Positions 51,774-64,000 of a DNA stretch of 64,000 bases are shown here, one piece after another; positions within the stretch are counted from its first letter, which is position 1; the number at the start of each line of letters is the position of its first letter. Below the pieces are notes generated by a model that was not told the origin of the DNA, did not search any database, and was given only the letters and a program-made list of their open reading frames with translations. The stretch covers positions 80,552 to 144,551 of the forward strand of contig NIVC01002736.1 of NCBI GenBank assembly GCA_002269645.1, in the 5' to 3' direction. The position numbers were made by a program, and so were the translations under genes. Source of the stretch: Macrostomum lignano (lineage: Eukaryota).

Positions 51774-54700
51774 TTAGGGTGAGATTTTGATGGGAAATTT
51801 TACGGAACGAACGAGTCTGGAGGGGGTTTACTAGTAAGATGTAGGAACGAAAGGTTCTTGCTGAATCTTTGAAGACTGCATGGTTACCGGAGGCTGAGGT
51901 TGTGGAGGTTTATTTGAGTCTTCATGAAGGGTAAAAGGCTACTGTCTGAATTCATTTGCTTCAGGAAATGTCTGTAGCCTATACAACCATCGCTCAACCT
52001 GAAATTGATTAGCATATTCCCTTTATATGGCCATTTATACTACCTAAATTATATCCCAGCTGACCCCTTCTGACCCCCGGGTCTCCACAGAAACTGCTCA
52101 ATTCAATTCAGTGTTTCGCCATTCTCCTCAACTCTCCCCCTTGTTAAAAATGCGTGACTCATTTCTCTCAGCTGGCAAACTTCCAGCATGCAAGCATTCG
52201 CGCTGCATATGGCGCCGTGTCTAACAACTCAAAGTGGAACTGCACTGCCTTGTTGTGTATATATGCACGGACTCTCTTCTTGATTTTATTACCTTGGCGA
52301 GGTCATCAGAGATCTAAAATTGATTGCCTACAGTCACTGAGGATGCAGTTACCAGTTAGGTTGTAAAACACAGCGTGCATAGCATTAGTCAGTGGTACTG
52401 CATCCGGGCAGTGGTTGGATAGCGGCTATTGTAGTTCTGCAGACTGCGTAAGAACAATATAAAATATCAACGGTATTGGCTTGCTATTTTAGCTTCTAAC
52501 CAATCAATGATTAGTAAAATGCCATCGATTATTAAACTTAAAACTACGTGAAGAATTTGAGAATTGATGGCGCGCCCATTCAGTCAATAGTGGCTGTTCA
52601 ATTGGATGCTGACTAAAGCCATGGGAAAAATGGGGAATTTCTTGTTCAGGAAGGAACTTGAACCAATGCACGCGAACTCAGTGTAGGACAGCGGCGTCGG
52701 TAAGTCTGCGCCTTCCCGGAATCTTATTTTGAATTGGAAATTCCTCCCAACGAATGCGAGTATGGGATTGATGATTGTACAATATTTGGACTGACCTTGC
52801 AGAGAGGCAGAGAGCTGCAGGTTCAATGCATCATTCGCGTGTTTTGCATGTATTATTACATCATCTACCTGCCTGTCTTCAATCGAAAGCTGAACTGAAG
52901 CCAACACGGCGATATACAGACCTGCAGCTTCGCCCTATATTTCTCCATCCTTTCCTCTCAATCACTGTTCTCTCCCACTCTCTCTCTCTGCCTGTCCGGT
53001 GCATTATCCAGAAACTGCGGTGAGTCACTCTTTAAACCTGCACCATGTCGCTCTCTCTCCCCCCTCTCTCCAGCAAACAACATCTCCAGAGAACATGTCA
53101 GATAAGCGCGTACAACTCTCTAATCTTTCTTTATACACGTGTGTAAATTAAACAGTCAGTCAATGATAAAAATTCGTTTTTCTCTCTATTTGCATCACTT
53201 TCTAGTTTCTATAGGCCCTCTATAGAGACGAGACCGAAGATAGTTTGGATTTAACGGTTGAATCTGGATAATTTAGCAGATAGAAGCGATTCCGCTTCTC
53301 AGCTGGATCTGGTTAAATAAGAAACAAACCATTTTAGTATATCAAAAAGAAAATCACACCCTTATAAGGTTTTTTCTTTTTTAAGAAAACTTACTCCAGA
53401 CTTATGATTGTACACATTTTCCATTTCGTAAAAATGTTCTTCCTGAAATATCCCAGGAAGACATGTACTGCATGTAGGAATAAATTTGCTGGAAAAGAAT
53501 GACATTGTTGACATTGTATGCAGGTAAAAACTTCTCTGGCATTGGTCTCTGGTTGATTTGGAAACAAGATTTTTCCCTCCCGGAACACCGGAAGAAATTG
53601 CAAAACTCTTCTTTTTGAGCAGCCTCTTCTTGAAAAAAAATACTCAACCGCATTGTCAGGTCACGCACAGCTAGCAGGAAGGCCACTTAACCCCATAGGT
53701 TGTCCCTCTGCCTAATAAAGTTCTAAAAAGTTTCCACTATACAGTAAATAAAATGCAAGCAGCTTTGCCATGAGCAAGCATGCTCAAGCTCAGGGCCTCC
53801 CTCCTCTCTTCTCTCCCTCTCTGTCGCCGACACAGACGTCCTGAACAAGCACAAGAGAGCAGTGAATGAACGGCGAGGGAAAAAGAATAGAGTTGAGAGG
53901 AAACTCAAAGTAATTGCAATAGAAAGAGCCGATCGCCCCGCTCAGCATTTGACTAGTGTATAGGGACTGAGCCGAAGGGAGTAGATTGTATTGCAGTTGA
54001 GTTGAACTCCAATTACTGCATGCCCATTTAATGCTGCTTGTTTGGTCCAGAATCTAAGAATATTTCGAAGTGGCCAAAAATTATTGAAGTCTATCATACT
54101 ACTATGTAATAATAAGGTCAACAGTACCCGGTGCTTCTCTTTAATAACCGAACTCATTTCCTTCTAACAAATATTTTCCGAAGGATTAACTTTCAAATTT
54201 ATATAGTTGTATAGTATTGGTACTGTATAGGCTATAGAATATAATTGATATAAATGTACTTTATTCAAACTGTCTCTTGTCCATTTTTACTTGCTTATTC
54301 ATGGGTAGAAAATACAGCATGCAACTTACATAGCAACAGTTCTTATAAGTCACATTAAATACATATTTATTGCAGATAGTTTAAACAAACATAAGCATTT
54401 TTTGCGCCATTGTCAGGAGGTCATGCACGCAGCTCAGAAGGTCTTGGAAAAAATCGGAAAAAAGCATTGTCTGCAATTGCTCCTTCGTCAGAAACATGTA
54501 GAAAAGCACAACTAATGGGCAAGGTCAAGACAAGTTGACAGGGAGAGAGAGAGAGATTTAGATTGCGTGTTAACAAGCAAGGACAGGCTTGTGAAGAAGT
54601 TCAATCTCCATTTGGTTACATGTCGTGATTCGACAGGTGAGGGGTCACTTAACAAGTTTCTGTTGCTAATTGGGCCTAACTATTTTGCCTGACATCTTGT

Positions 54701-56469
54701 CACTTTCTAAAGTAGAAAATATTAATATCTATCAGGCTGTATTTTGCATTAGCTTTGGAGCCACATGAAGCTTAGGCAGAATTTACAGATATCAGTCCTG
54801 TATTAAGTAGTAGTAATATTAGTAATATTGTTTACTTAATAATAAATTTAATGCAGACCCGCCCGAAACTTTGCACTGGACTGGCTTGCGATCTCCCCCA
54901 TATCCATTTCTATCTCTATTATATATCTCTCTGCCTCCATGCCTGTGCAGATATTGGAATAATTGATTGGCAGCGGTTGTGTGTCTATCAGATCCTCCAT
55001 TGCGCTGGCAGAGAAGGGCGAACGTTTTCCATACAGGGATGGATGCATAATTATTATTACAATGAGAGCCAGCTATACATCGTACAGAAACTGTTGGCCA
55101 ATATACACCGTTCTCATATAGTGAACGTTTATCAGCTGCTTATGATAAACCAGGGTGGGAGTATAATTTACCAAAAAAAATCAAATGATTGCGTCATCGC
55201 TTGTAATTCTGCCCATTCCGCTGACTCGGTGTACTACAGCAGCCCTGACTTTCTAATCGTCAGGCACGTATACTCTGTGTCTTGGGGGTCGCTAAAATGA
55301 TCAACATATAGGACGAGCAGACTTTATGTCCTCTTTCAAAGTCAAGTGTAGCCTTTGCTCTGTCTGAAGCTTCTGAGCTTCTAAGTCCACGTCGATCTCT
55401 TTTTTTGGCAGAACATTAGTAGCGTTTTCGCGAATCTTTAGAAGCCGAAGAAGGCTATTAGCAGTTTCCAGGGTCCTTGACCTTGAGATTTACTTTCCTT
55501 CTCTGCTTATATTATATATGAGAAAACCTTCGAGTCAGAACTGAGCTTTTAGAATTGCTATGGAGAAAGAGAGAGAAAGAGAGAGAGCGAAGAACCAAAG
55601 GCAACTTAGCGTGTCCATCTATATAGAGTTAGGGGGGCCGCCTAGACCTATATAGATATATAGGCCCGTGGATACATTAGCTATAGCTAGCACACTCTTA
55701 AGTGGGGGGAGAGGGGAGTTTGTTAAAGCATTCGACAAGGGCCAGCAGCCAGCAACTTGGCTTAGGCGAGGGTTGAGGCGTGGAAGAGATTTTCTCTCAG
55801 CGGCACAGGGGATATCGTTACGCCTCATTTGGCTGGCGAAAAGCAGCTGAGCTTGAGAAAGAAAAGAGAGAGAGAGAGAGAAGAGACTCGAGCTAGGCAG
55901 GCTATAAAGAGACTGGTATAGAACTTTTCCATAATCCATCCTTGAGTTCGTGACCGAAAATCTACTGCTATAACAGCTAACCAGCAGAGAAAAACGATGC
56001 ATCAATTTTGCATTCGACTCTGATTTTTCTATAGGCTGCATGCTGTAGTTGCTACTATTACTGATTCAGTGATACTTCTACTACTTCTATTATTAAGTAG
56101 TAAGCAGCAGAGTTTTTTTATAATATTCTCGAGCTTGGAGAAACTCAGTCATTGAGAAATACGAGCGCATAGCTTTTCGCAGCCCATTTGGGCTTACGGC
56201 ATTTAATTTAATCCAAGATACGTTTGCCAATGTAAAGGAGCTTTTGTCTATGACTCTATGGTCACAAGGATGGCACAGCAGCATTTAATTTAGTCCAACA
56301 AGCATCAATTTGGTACATAGCGGCTCTAGATTTCAATTTAGACATGACTGACAAAAGCAGTGAGGACGGAAGCAATGGGGGGGTTGTCTGGAAGTGAGAA
56401 TTCATGGTAATGGCCATAGACATGAGCCCCACAGACCGCGCAGGCAGCGAGGCAACTCAGAGGGCGCCC

Positions 56470-56549
56470 TTTCAGGGATTAGCGGAATGGGCGACGCTCG
56501 CCTCCCCGCTGCGTCTTCGGACCGCCCTGCAGCTAAGTCAAGTAAGTCA
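56470..56549 (+). mobile_element. 3'-terminal fragment of a LINE/SINE related to the element at 19901-22309
   Basis: ttcagggattagcggaatgggcg...gccctgcagctaagtcaag aligns by eye to the reverse complement of 19901-19980, including the AAGTC tail. Confidence 0.75.
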
Positions 56550-56859
56550 GAGGCCCCCTCGTGTCTGTGACCATTGCCATGTTTTCTCACTTCCAGCTAA
56601 CTTCATTGGTCAACTTGTCCATCAGGATCCGAGTGGGAAGTGGAAATGGGGTGTGGGGGCAAAGCCCTCACTTACAACCATAGACTATTTTATTTTACGC
56701 TCATCAACTCGTTCGTTTTCTAATATTATATCCCGGTAAATTGCTTTATTGTCAATTTCGAACAATGATCGGTCATGGTTTGAATGTCATTGACTTAACG
56801 TAAATTACCATAGAAATTTTGAAGAATGCTTCATTTGCAACTGCTGCGGAGGAGCAAGA

Positions 56860-57190
56860 TCAGCCCCATAATCGTGGACAATATGCTAAGCTTGTGATCG
56901 AAGCACTCGACAGAGGTGAACACCCAATGGACATCGCTAGGTTGCTGAATGCCAAAAAAGACAATTTACAGCATCCGTCAGCGGTTGAAACCACTAGCAG
57001 AAGAGATCTGCGAAGGGGCGGCAATCTCCAAAGCAAGTTGTTAGAACCCCAGGTCCAACTGCTACTGGATGCAATTGAGACAAACCCTCTGTTGACGTTG
57101 CAGTAAATGCAGCAGAAGTTGAACCAACAGTTTCAGTTGGTTGTCAGTATTTCGACTATCAGCAGAGCTCTGGAAAAGCGACAACACTGA
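56860..57190 (+). pseudogene. Decayed Tc1/IS630-like transposase, N-terminal DNA-binding region
   Basis: Across frameshifts and a stop: IARLLN.KTIYSIRQR...RRGGN..KL...LLDAIETNPLLTLQ*MQQKL..F.LVVSISTISRAL, the two-HTH pattern of the Tc1/IS630 superfamily; no DDE domain seen. Confidence 0.7.
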
Positions 57191-57440
57191 AACTTCTTGG
57201 AAGAGATGCTGACATTCCAGTGGTCTCAGTCCTCAGACGCGGTTGCGAGAAGGCTCGTTTATATTGGCAAACGTATCTTGAATTAAATTAAATGCGCGTA
57301 AGCCCATAAGGGCTGCAAAAAGCTATATTATTTCTTCTTTCGTCTTTGTGCACCATTTCATGCATTTGGGCCGAAGTACAATACAATTCAAATGCGTTTC
57401 ATTTTTAATGGACTTCCATTACACACAACACCAAAAACAG

Positions 57441-57745
57441 GCCGCGATAACCGAGGCTGGTCAATGTATATTGACTTCAAGCGCAGCTGGTTCTTGCACA
57501 ACGGCGAGCACGCTGAACGATGCGACGGAGGCATTGCCAAAGGCAGCATTGTCGGGGTGCGTCTAGACTGCGACAAAGGCACTCTGTCCTACTATGTTAA
57601 CGACGAGCCACACGGACCAGTGGCTTTCCTCGACTTAAAAGGCACTTTCTATCCGGCCGCTAACCTTAACCGTAATGTGCAGCTCACTCTACATCCGGGG
57701 CTAGAGGTGCCATCGGAGTCAGACGACAGTTCCGAGGAGAATTAA
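57441..57745 (+). CDS. TRIM9: TRIM9 terminal exon (SPRY/B30.2)
   Basis: GRDNRGWSMYID..RSWFLHN...GVRLDCDKGTLSYYVNDEPHGPVAF...FYPA.NLNRNVQLTL, then stop. Confidence 0.93.
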
Positions 57746-60473
57746 AGCTAACTTTTGTCGAAATCGCTTCAATCACAAACTGACGCCTGTGTTAAAACCA
57801 AAGAAACAATTGCCATGTGTCATGCCATGCTACATGTAACTACTTTATTTTTGTCCACTCTAGTCTGTCTCTATAGTCGCACTTTGAGTAATTAAATTTG
57901 TTTTGAGTGGGTTGTAAACAAGGCCTGCATGGTCTGTGACGATTGGTTTGCCTAGAATTCCTGTGGTGAGGGGGGTGGGGGCTAGATAAAAAGCAACCCA
58001 CTTCCAATCCAAATATAGAGGTTCGTTCAAGCGCAGTGTACATTCAACTCTTACCCCTTTTTATTATCGATCGATGTACACCCCTTCCTCCACGCCCACC
58101 CTAGTGTACATTCTTATCAAACGGGGTGATAAGAAAACTCTTGGTGAGAGAGGGCAAATGATTTCTTCGTTCGGTTTAAACTTGTGAAAAAAGCATTAAT
58201 CTGTATTGTGTGTATGACAAGCTAGTAAGGTTTTATAAGTTTCTAATCATTTGGTTTTTGATACTGTCGAGATATCAATTATCAACCATTGAGACAGTCA
58301 ACGCGCCCAATATTCTCGCCCTCCTAAGGTGTACATTGCGTAATTATGTTTCCTTATTTTTTCTGCTTTTATTTTAAATATATTTTGTTGTGCGTTTGTT
58401 TGTACATCCGTCTTCTATCCAACTGAAATCACAAAAGCTAACCTTTACCCTGTAGTTTATCTTCTAGTTTCTAAAAGCAGCTGGTGTACATATTGGATAA
58501 AAAATCTACATATTACATTACTTGTGAATGGCAACTGGAATACAATACTTTTTCTATAAGAAATATTCATGCAAGTGTATCTATATGTACATTTATCAAT
58601 ATTTGATATTTTCTTACTTGTTTATGATTTTCAGTCAGACCTGTCATTTGCATGCGAATCATATTATTTTATCTGCTGCCGTGTATTGATTATTAGCTAG
58701 CCATAGGAAGTGTGAAAACGTGTCACTAAAACATTGGTAGGATTCGAGCCATGCACTCACTGTGCCCCCCCCATTGTATTACTAAACTAAACTAAACCCT
58801 GTAGAGATTCTAGAAACCCATGCAGTTTTCTGTTCTTTGACGAATCTCAGAAATATTTTTTACATGGAGTTCATCGTGCAGGCTGTACAGAATAGTCCGT
58901 ATGGTTCTATGAATCTATGATAATCTGCAGCTCAACACTAATTTATCTCAATTATCCGTCTTGAAAACTTTTTGCCCCAAATAGTTTTTTATTTAACTCC
59001 ACTATTTTCTTGTGCGAGGTACAGTTAGGTTAGGTTGAACAGATCTTGTTCCACCACACTTAACTCTCAGTGGCAACATAATACTCAATTTATAATTTTT
59101 GTCTTGTCCATTTTGCTCATAATAATCTAATATTGCTATTATTTGTTATAATGATAATCGAGTAAGAATTGATGCATAGTGGTCTGGCAGATTCAGTATT
59201 TTTATTTTTAAGTTAATAATTTTTTGATACCTAAAATTATATTTCGAGCATGTATTTAAACAACTCAAAAAGTAGTCACCAATTTCTAGTTGCCGTGCTT
59301 TAAGAAATACTTTTAAATTCGAACTATTACTTGCCCACCATAGTAAAAGTAAGCAAGTCATTTTATCTCTATAATTTTTTTTTCAGATTTTTACGCTCGT
59401 AATTGACTATTCATTCACTGCGGCAAGGGGTTGTTAATCGAACAATTTAAACAAAAATGGCCGCGATTTTTAAGCATATTCAATTACAACAAATCGTGAA
59501 ATTTACCTAACAAATATATCAAAACGATTTGTAACAATTCAGTTCTATCCAAAAGTGCAAACTGTCCTTGCATGATATTGCGTTAGGTAAGTTGCTCATT
59601 TTGTCGTTAAAAATCGTTCGTTCAAATCAGTCGTTAAAAATGGAGAAAGTCGGTATTTTGTGAATTATTAAGACGAAAATTGCTAAGAAAATTTAGTGTT
59701 TTATATTTTACATCCTTAGTTATGAAGGAAAATTAATTTTAAAAACTTAATTTAGTTTTTCTTTTGAGTAAAACCCTCAGGACAAAACTATATTTTCCTG
59801 TTTCAGTTCTTTACGGTGGAGATTAAAAAACATATTATTTACCAGGGAAGCACTAATAAAATAAATGAGATTAAAATCGAAAATTTGCGTGAAATTCTAG
59901 GATATCATCGCATTTTTAAGTAGATTGGAATTAAATTTGCGCATTCGATAATACTGATGAAAAACATGTCAGTAGTGCAATACGAATAGGCAACGTTTTA
60001 ACAGTGAATCTGGGAGAAAAATCTTAACTGAACTTACCTGACGCTAAACCAAAATTATCACTTGTTTTAGAGCAACCGAAAAACAACATTATTGGAAATG
60101 GTTTTATTATTGTGGCACAATAAATAGAATCTCCAGATTTTACACCTACGCAAGAGATAACATGTACAGACCAGAATAGTAAAGGAACACTGGTACTGCA
60201 AATCATAATCATAGAAAGATACGCAACAAATTTGAATTGCAGAAAGTTAATAAAATATTAATCGTTTTTTGATAGATTTAGATATGAAGGAATTGAAGTA
60301 ACTTTTCCGAACAAGATATATGATTAAGCCTCTCTTGATAATGAATTCTTACACTGAAATGAAGTCAATAATAACAACTCTGAATATCGACAAATAACGA
60401 TAGAATAAAAAATATCCTCCACAGGCCGAAACCTTATCTCTAAGTCCGCCATTCACTCCTATAGCAACCACCA

Positions 60474-61590
60474 AATAAGGCAACGGGGTCATAAACACTT
60501 TGACCAAGTCAGCCAGCCACTCCCTCTAACCGCCACCAATTAAGGCAACGGGGTCATAAAATTAACCAACTTTGACCAAGTCAGCCAGCCACTCCCTCTA
60601 ACCGCCACCAATTAAGGCAACGGGGTCATAAAATTAACCAACTTTGACCAAGTCAGCCAGCCACTCCTCTAACCGCCACCAATTAAGGCAACGGGGTCAT
60701 AAAATTAACCAACTTTGACCAAGTCAGCCAGCCACTTCCTCTAACCGCCACCAATTAAGGCAACGGGGTCATAAAATTAACCAACTTTGACCAAGTCAGC
60801 CAGCCACTTCCTCAAGCCACCAATTAAGGCAACGGGGTCATAAAATTAACCAACTTTGACCAAGTCAGCCAGCCACTCCCTCTAACCGCCACCAATTAAG
60901 GCAACGGGGTCAAAAAAATTAACCAACTTTGACCAAGTCAGCCAGCCACTTCCTCAAGCCACCAATTAAGGCAACGGGGTCATAAAATTAACCAACTTTG
61001 ACCAAGTCAGCCAGCCACTCCCTCTAACCGCCACCAATTAAGGCAACGGGGTCATAAAATTAACCAACTTTGACCAAGTCAGCCAGCCACCTCCTCAAGC
61101 CACAATTAAGGCAACGGGGTCATAAAATTAACCAACTTTGACCAAGTCAGCCAGCCACTCCCTCTAACCGCCACCAATTAAGGCAACGGGGTCATAAAAT
61201 TAACCAACTTTGACCAAGTCAGCCAGCCACTTCCTCAAGCCACTAATTAAGGCAACGGGGTCATAAAATTAACCAACTTTGACCAAGTCAGCCAGCCACT
61301 CCCTCTAACCGCCACCAATTAAGGCAACGGGGTCATAAAATTAACCAACTTTGACCAAGTCAGCCAGCCACTTCCTCAAGCCACCAATTAAGGCAACGGG
61401 GTCATAAAATTAACCAACTTTGACCAAGTCAGCCAGCCACTCCCTCTAACCGCCACCAATTAAGGCAACGGGGTCATAAAAATTAACCAACTTTAACCAA
61501 GTCAGCCAGCCACTTCCTCAAGCCACCAATTAAGGCAACGGGGTCATAAAAATAAACCAACTTTGACCAAGTAAGCCAGCCACTTCTTCC
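60474..61590. repeat. 72/69-bp satellite with an alternating A/B dimer (141-bp higher-order unit)
   Basis: Core ccaccaattaaggcaacggggtcataaaattaaccaactttgaccaagtcagccagcc followed by actccctctaaccg (A) or acttcctcaag (B); strict alternation from about 60780. Confidence 0.96.
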
Positions 61591-61815
61591 TCTAGCCACC
61601 TAGTTTGTTTAAGACAACGAGGCGGTAAAATCAAAGGACTCCGAATCGACTTTAACCAACCCTTTAGTTGGTCAAAGCAACTGGGTTATAAAATCAATCA
61701 AGTACTAATTATTGCTGAAAAACAAGAGCAAATTTGGCAAGTCAGTTTTTTTCTGCGATCGACGAAAACTTTAAAGCACTTGGCACAGAAACAGTAGTTT
61801 AAGAAGGCAAAAAGT

Positions 61816-62034
61816 TCAGCCTGGTGGCTTCGATGCAATCCACTTGTCAGCCATGTCCCTCAGCGGCGCCTGCCCCCTACGAGCAGCTTCGTCGCGAACT
61901 TGTGTAACCAATTCCAGATTGTTGCAACTAACGGCTAATAGATACGCTTTCTTCAACTTTCCTGTCACTATCAGGGCTTCGACACGCTTAGCAACCGAGC
62001 TGATTAGTTTGAGCAGATCCTCGGAGATGCTCGG
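61816..62034 (-). CDS. ZFYVE26: Terminal coding exon of spastizin (ZFYVE26/SPG15); rest of the gene lies upstream, probably beyond the window end
   Basis: Not in the ORF track (no start codon). CAACAG acceptor then PSISEDLLKLISSVAKRVEALIVTGKLKKAYLLAVSCNNLELVTQVRDEAARRGQAPLRDMADKWIASKPPG*, matching the recalled spastizin C-terminal pattern KV.A...gKL.sAYL.A.....V..V...A...G...v.D...qW. Confidence 0.8.
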   Translation of the reverse strand, partial: PSISEDLLKLISSVAKRVEALIVTGKLKKAYLLAVSCNNLELVTQVRDEAARRGQAPLRDMADKWIASKPPG

Positions 62035-62904
62035 CTGTTGGGAATCGAATTAAAAAAGTAGCAGGGGATGGATAAGTGAAACGAGGAGTGATTGATAGTC
62101 ACTGACTATTTCACTAGTTCATTAAAGCTGGAAAAATAACGTTTGGCTTTACTATTGCTTTTGTCATGCTATGTGGAACTGGGGACATCCAGAAGCGAAT
62201 ACGCTAACGAAGAGTTGACCTTTTTTATATTTGATGGTTTCGATTTGTGACTTAAAATGTGCTTCATTAATGTCTGTATTTATTCTTTCTGTAAATAACA
62301 CTCAAACCGTTCCTTCTATTCCGGCTCATTGTTCCATATTGCATGACAAATCGAGTTGTCTATGGCTTGCTTTCCGGCCCCGAGTTAATTCAACACTTGG
62401 CTATAGAATTCTATGGGCCGTTCCGTTTTGCATGCCCACTGTTACACATAGCACGACCAAAGCAATACAAGAAGTTAGTTGATACTTGTTAGAATTTCAA
62501 TGGATTAGCGCTTATAGCAGAACTTTCTGTGAACTTTCAATATCAAAAGTTAAATTCGAACTTTCACCGGTCGGACTACCAGAATCTGATTCTAGGAAAC
62601 GAAATACATTGATTCTCTCAAGATAAAAATTGTATCCCAAGGAAGGTTTTTAAGGATGCACCAGCTGGGATCAGTCAAAATAATACCTTACACTGCAAAG
62701 CCTCTCTGCAGACTTCATGTTTACAGATTACCTAAATTTGACAACTAATAGAAGTCTTGAATTCACAGCTCACAGAATTCAATTAAAATATGAATTACAA
62801 AAAATATCCAACTTAAATTGAATGCCATCCAGCTAGGGAAAATAACAGAGCGCCAATTCGGCATCAGTGGTAGAAATTCAGGATGCAAAACTCAAAAGTT
62901 GACG

Positions 62905-64000
62905 TGCTGGCCAGCCTCTCAGATCCTCTGTTGCTGAGCCAGCCTCCCAGATCCTCAGTTGCTGGGCCAGCCTCTCAGATCATCAGTTGCTGAGCCAGCC
63001 TCCCAGATCCTCAGTTGATGGGCCAGCCTCTCAGATCATCAGTTGCTGAGCCAGCCTCCCAGATCCTCAGTTGCTGGGCCAGCCTCTCAGATCATCAGTT
63101 GCTGAGCCAGCCTCCCAGATCCTCAGTTGATGGCCAGCCTTCCCAGGTCCTCAGTTGCTGAGACAGCCTCCCAGATACTCAGTTGCTGGGCCAGGCCAGC
63201 CTCCCAGATACTCAGTTGCTGGGCCAGCCTCTCAGATCATCAGTTGCTGAGCCAGCCTCCCAGATCATTAGTTGCTGGGCCAGCCTCCCAGATCCTCAGT
63301 TGCTGGGCCAGCCTCCCAGATCATTAGTTGCTGGGCCAGCCTCCCAGATCCTCAGTTGCTGGGCCAGCCTCTCAGATCCTCAGTTGCTGAGCCAGCCTCC
63401 CAGATCATTAGTTGCTGAGCCAGCCTCTCAGATCCTCAGTTGCTGGGCCAGCCTCCCAGATCCTCAGTTGCTGGGCCAGCCTCCCAGATCCTCAGTTGCT
63501 GGGCCAACCTCCCAGATACTCAGTTGCTGGGCCAGCCTCCAGATCCTCAGTTGCTGGGCCAACCTCCCAGATACTCAGTTGCTGGGCCAGCCTCCCAGAT
63601 CCTCAGTTGCTGAGCCAGCCTCCCAGATCATTAGTTGCTGAGCCAGCCTCTCAGATCCTCAGTTGCTGGGCCAGCCTCCCAGATCCTCAGTTGCTGGGCC
63701 AGCCTCCCAGATCCTCAGTTGCTGGGCCAGCCTCCCAGATCCCCAGTTGCTGGCCAGCCTCCCAGATCCTCAGTTGCTGGGCCAACCTCCCAGATACTCA
63801 GTTGCTGGCCAGCCTCCCAGATCCTCAGTTGCTGGGCCAACCTCCCAGATACTCAGTTGCTGGGCCAGCCTCCCAGATCCCCAGTTGCTGGGCAGCCTCC
63901 CAGATCATTAGTTGCTGAGCCAGCCTCTCAGATCCTCAGTTGCTGGGCCAGCCTCCCAGATCCTCAGTTGCTGGGCCAGCCTCCAGATCCTCAGTTGCTG
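62905..64000. repeat. 28-bp minisatellite (gccagcctcccagatcctcagttgctgg), running off the window end
   Basis: About 39 copies; probably inside the last ZFYVE26 intron. Confidence 0.96.

Noticed and set aside
55665-55810. Possible CR1-type RT remnant (VDTLAI..FVKAFDK..DFLS)
   Set aside because: Too few residues across frameshifts to support as a feature
60034-60145. AG/GTAAGT-bounded open segment on the minus strand
   Set aside because: Translation unrecognisable and no partner exons; lies downstream of the ZFYVE26 stop

Overview
Eukaryotic (invertebrate animal) genomic DNA: AT-rich background, GC-richer coding exons, GT-AG introns and a very high load of micro- and minisatellites. The style (intronless housekeeping genes, Gln/His-rich insertions, repeat-filled introns) fits a free-living flatworm such as Macrostomum; this is inference only. 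Supported genes: intronless ZnT2-type zinc transporter (+), a disrupted Ig/Cys-repeat membrane-protein locus (+), a small membrane ORF tightly linked to intronless ISCA1 (+), a 4-exon candidate neuropeptide precursor missed by the ORF track (-), 4-exon MVB12 (-), intronless-CDS NUDC (-), a ~27 kb TRIM9/67-type gene (+; RING-Bbox-Bbox-coiled coil-COS-FN3-SPRY) with a 1-nt frameshift in its FN3/SPRY exon and a candidate 42-nt cassette exon, and the terminal exon of spastizin/ZFYVE26 (-). Mobile DNA: a 5'-truncated RT+RNase H LINE with a 13-bp TSD, a related 3'-tail fragment, an old RT fragment, a Tc1/IS630-like transposase relic and a hAT-type MITE. The most striking unexplained pattern is that nearly every large intron begins with its own distinct minisatellite anchored at or just after the 5' splice site. 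No rRNA, intact tRNA or CRISPR array was seen. All family assignments come from motif recognition by eye; no database search was run.
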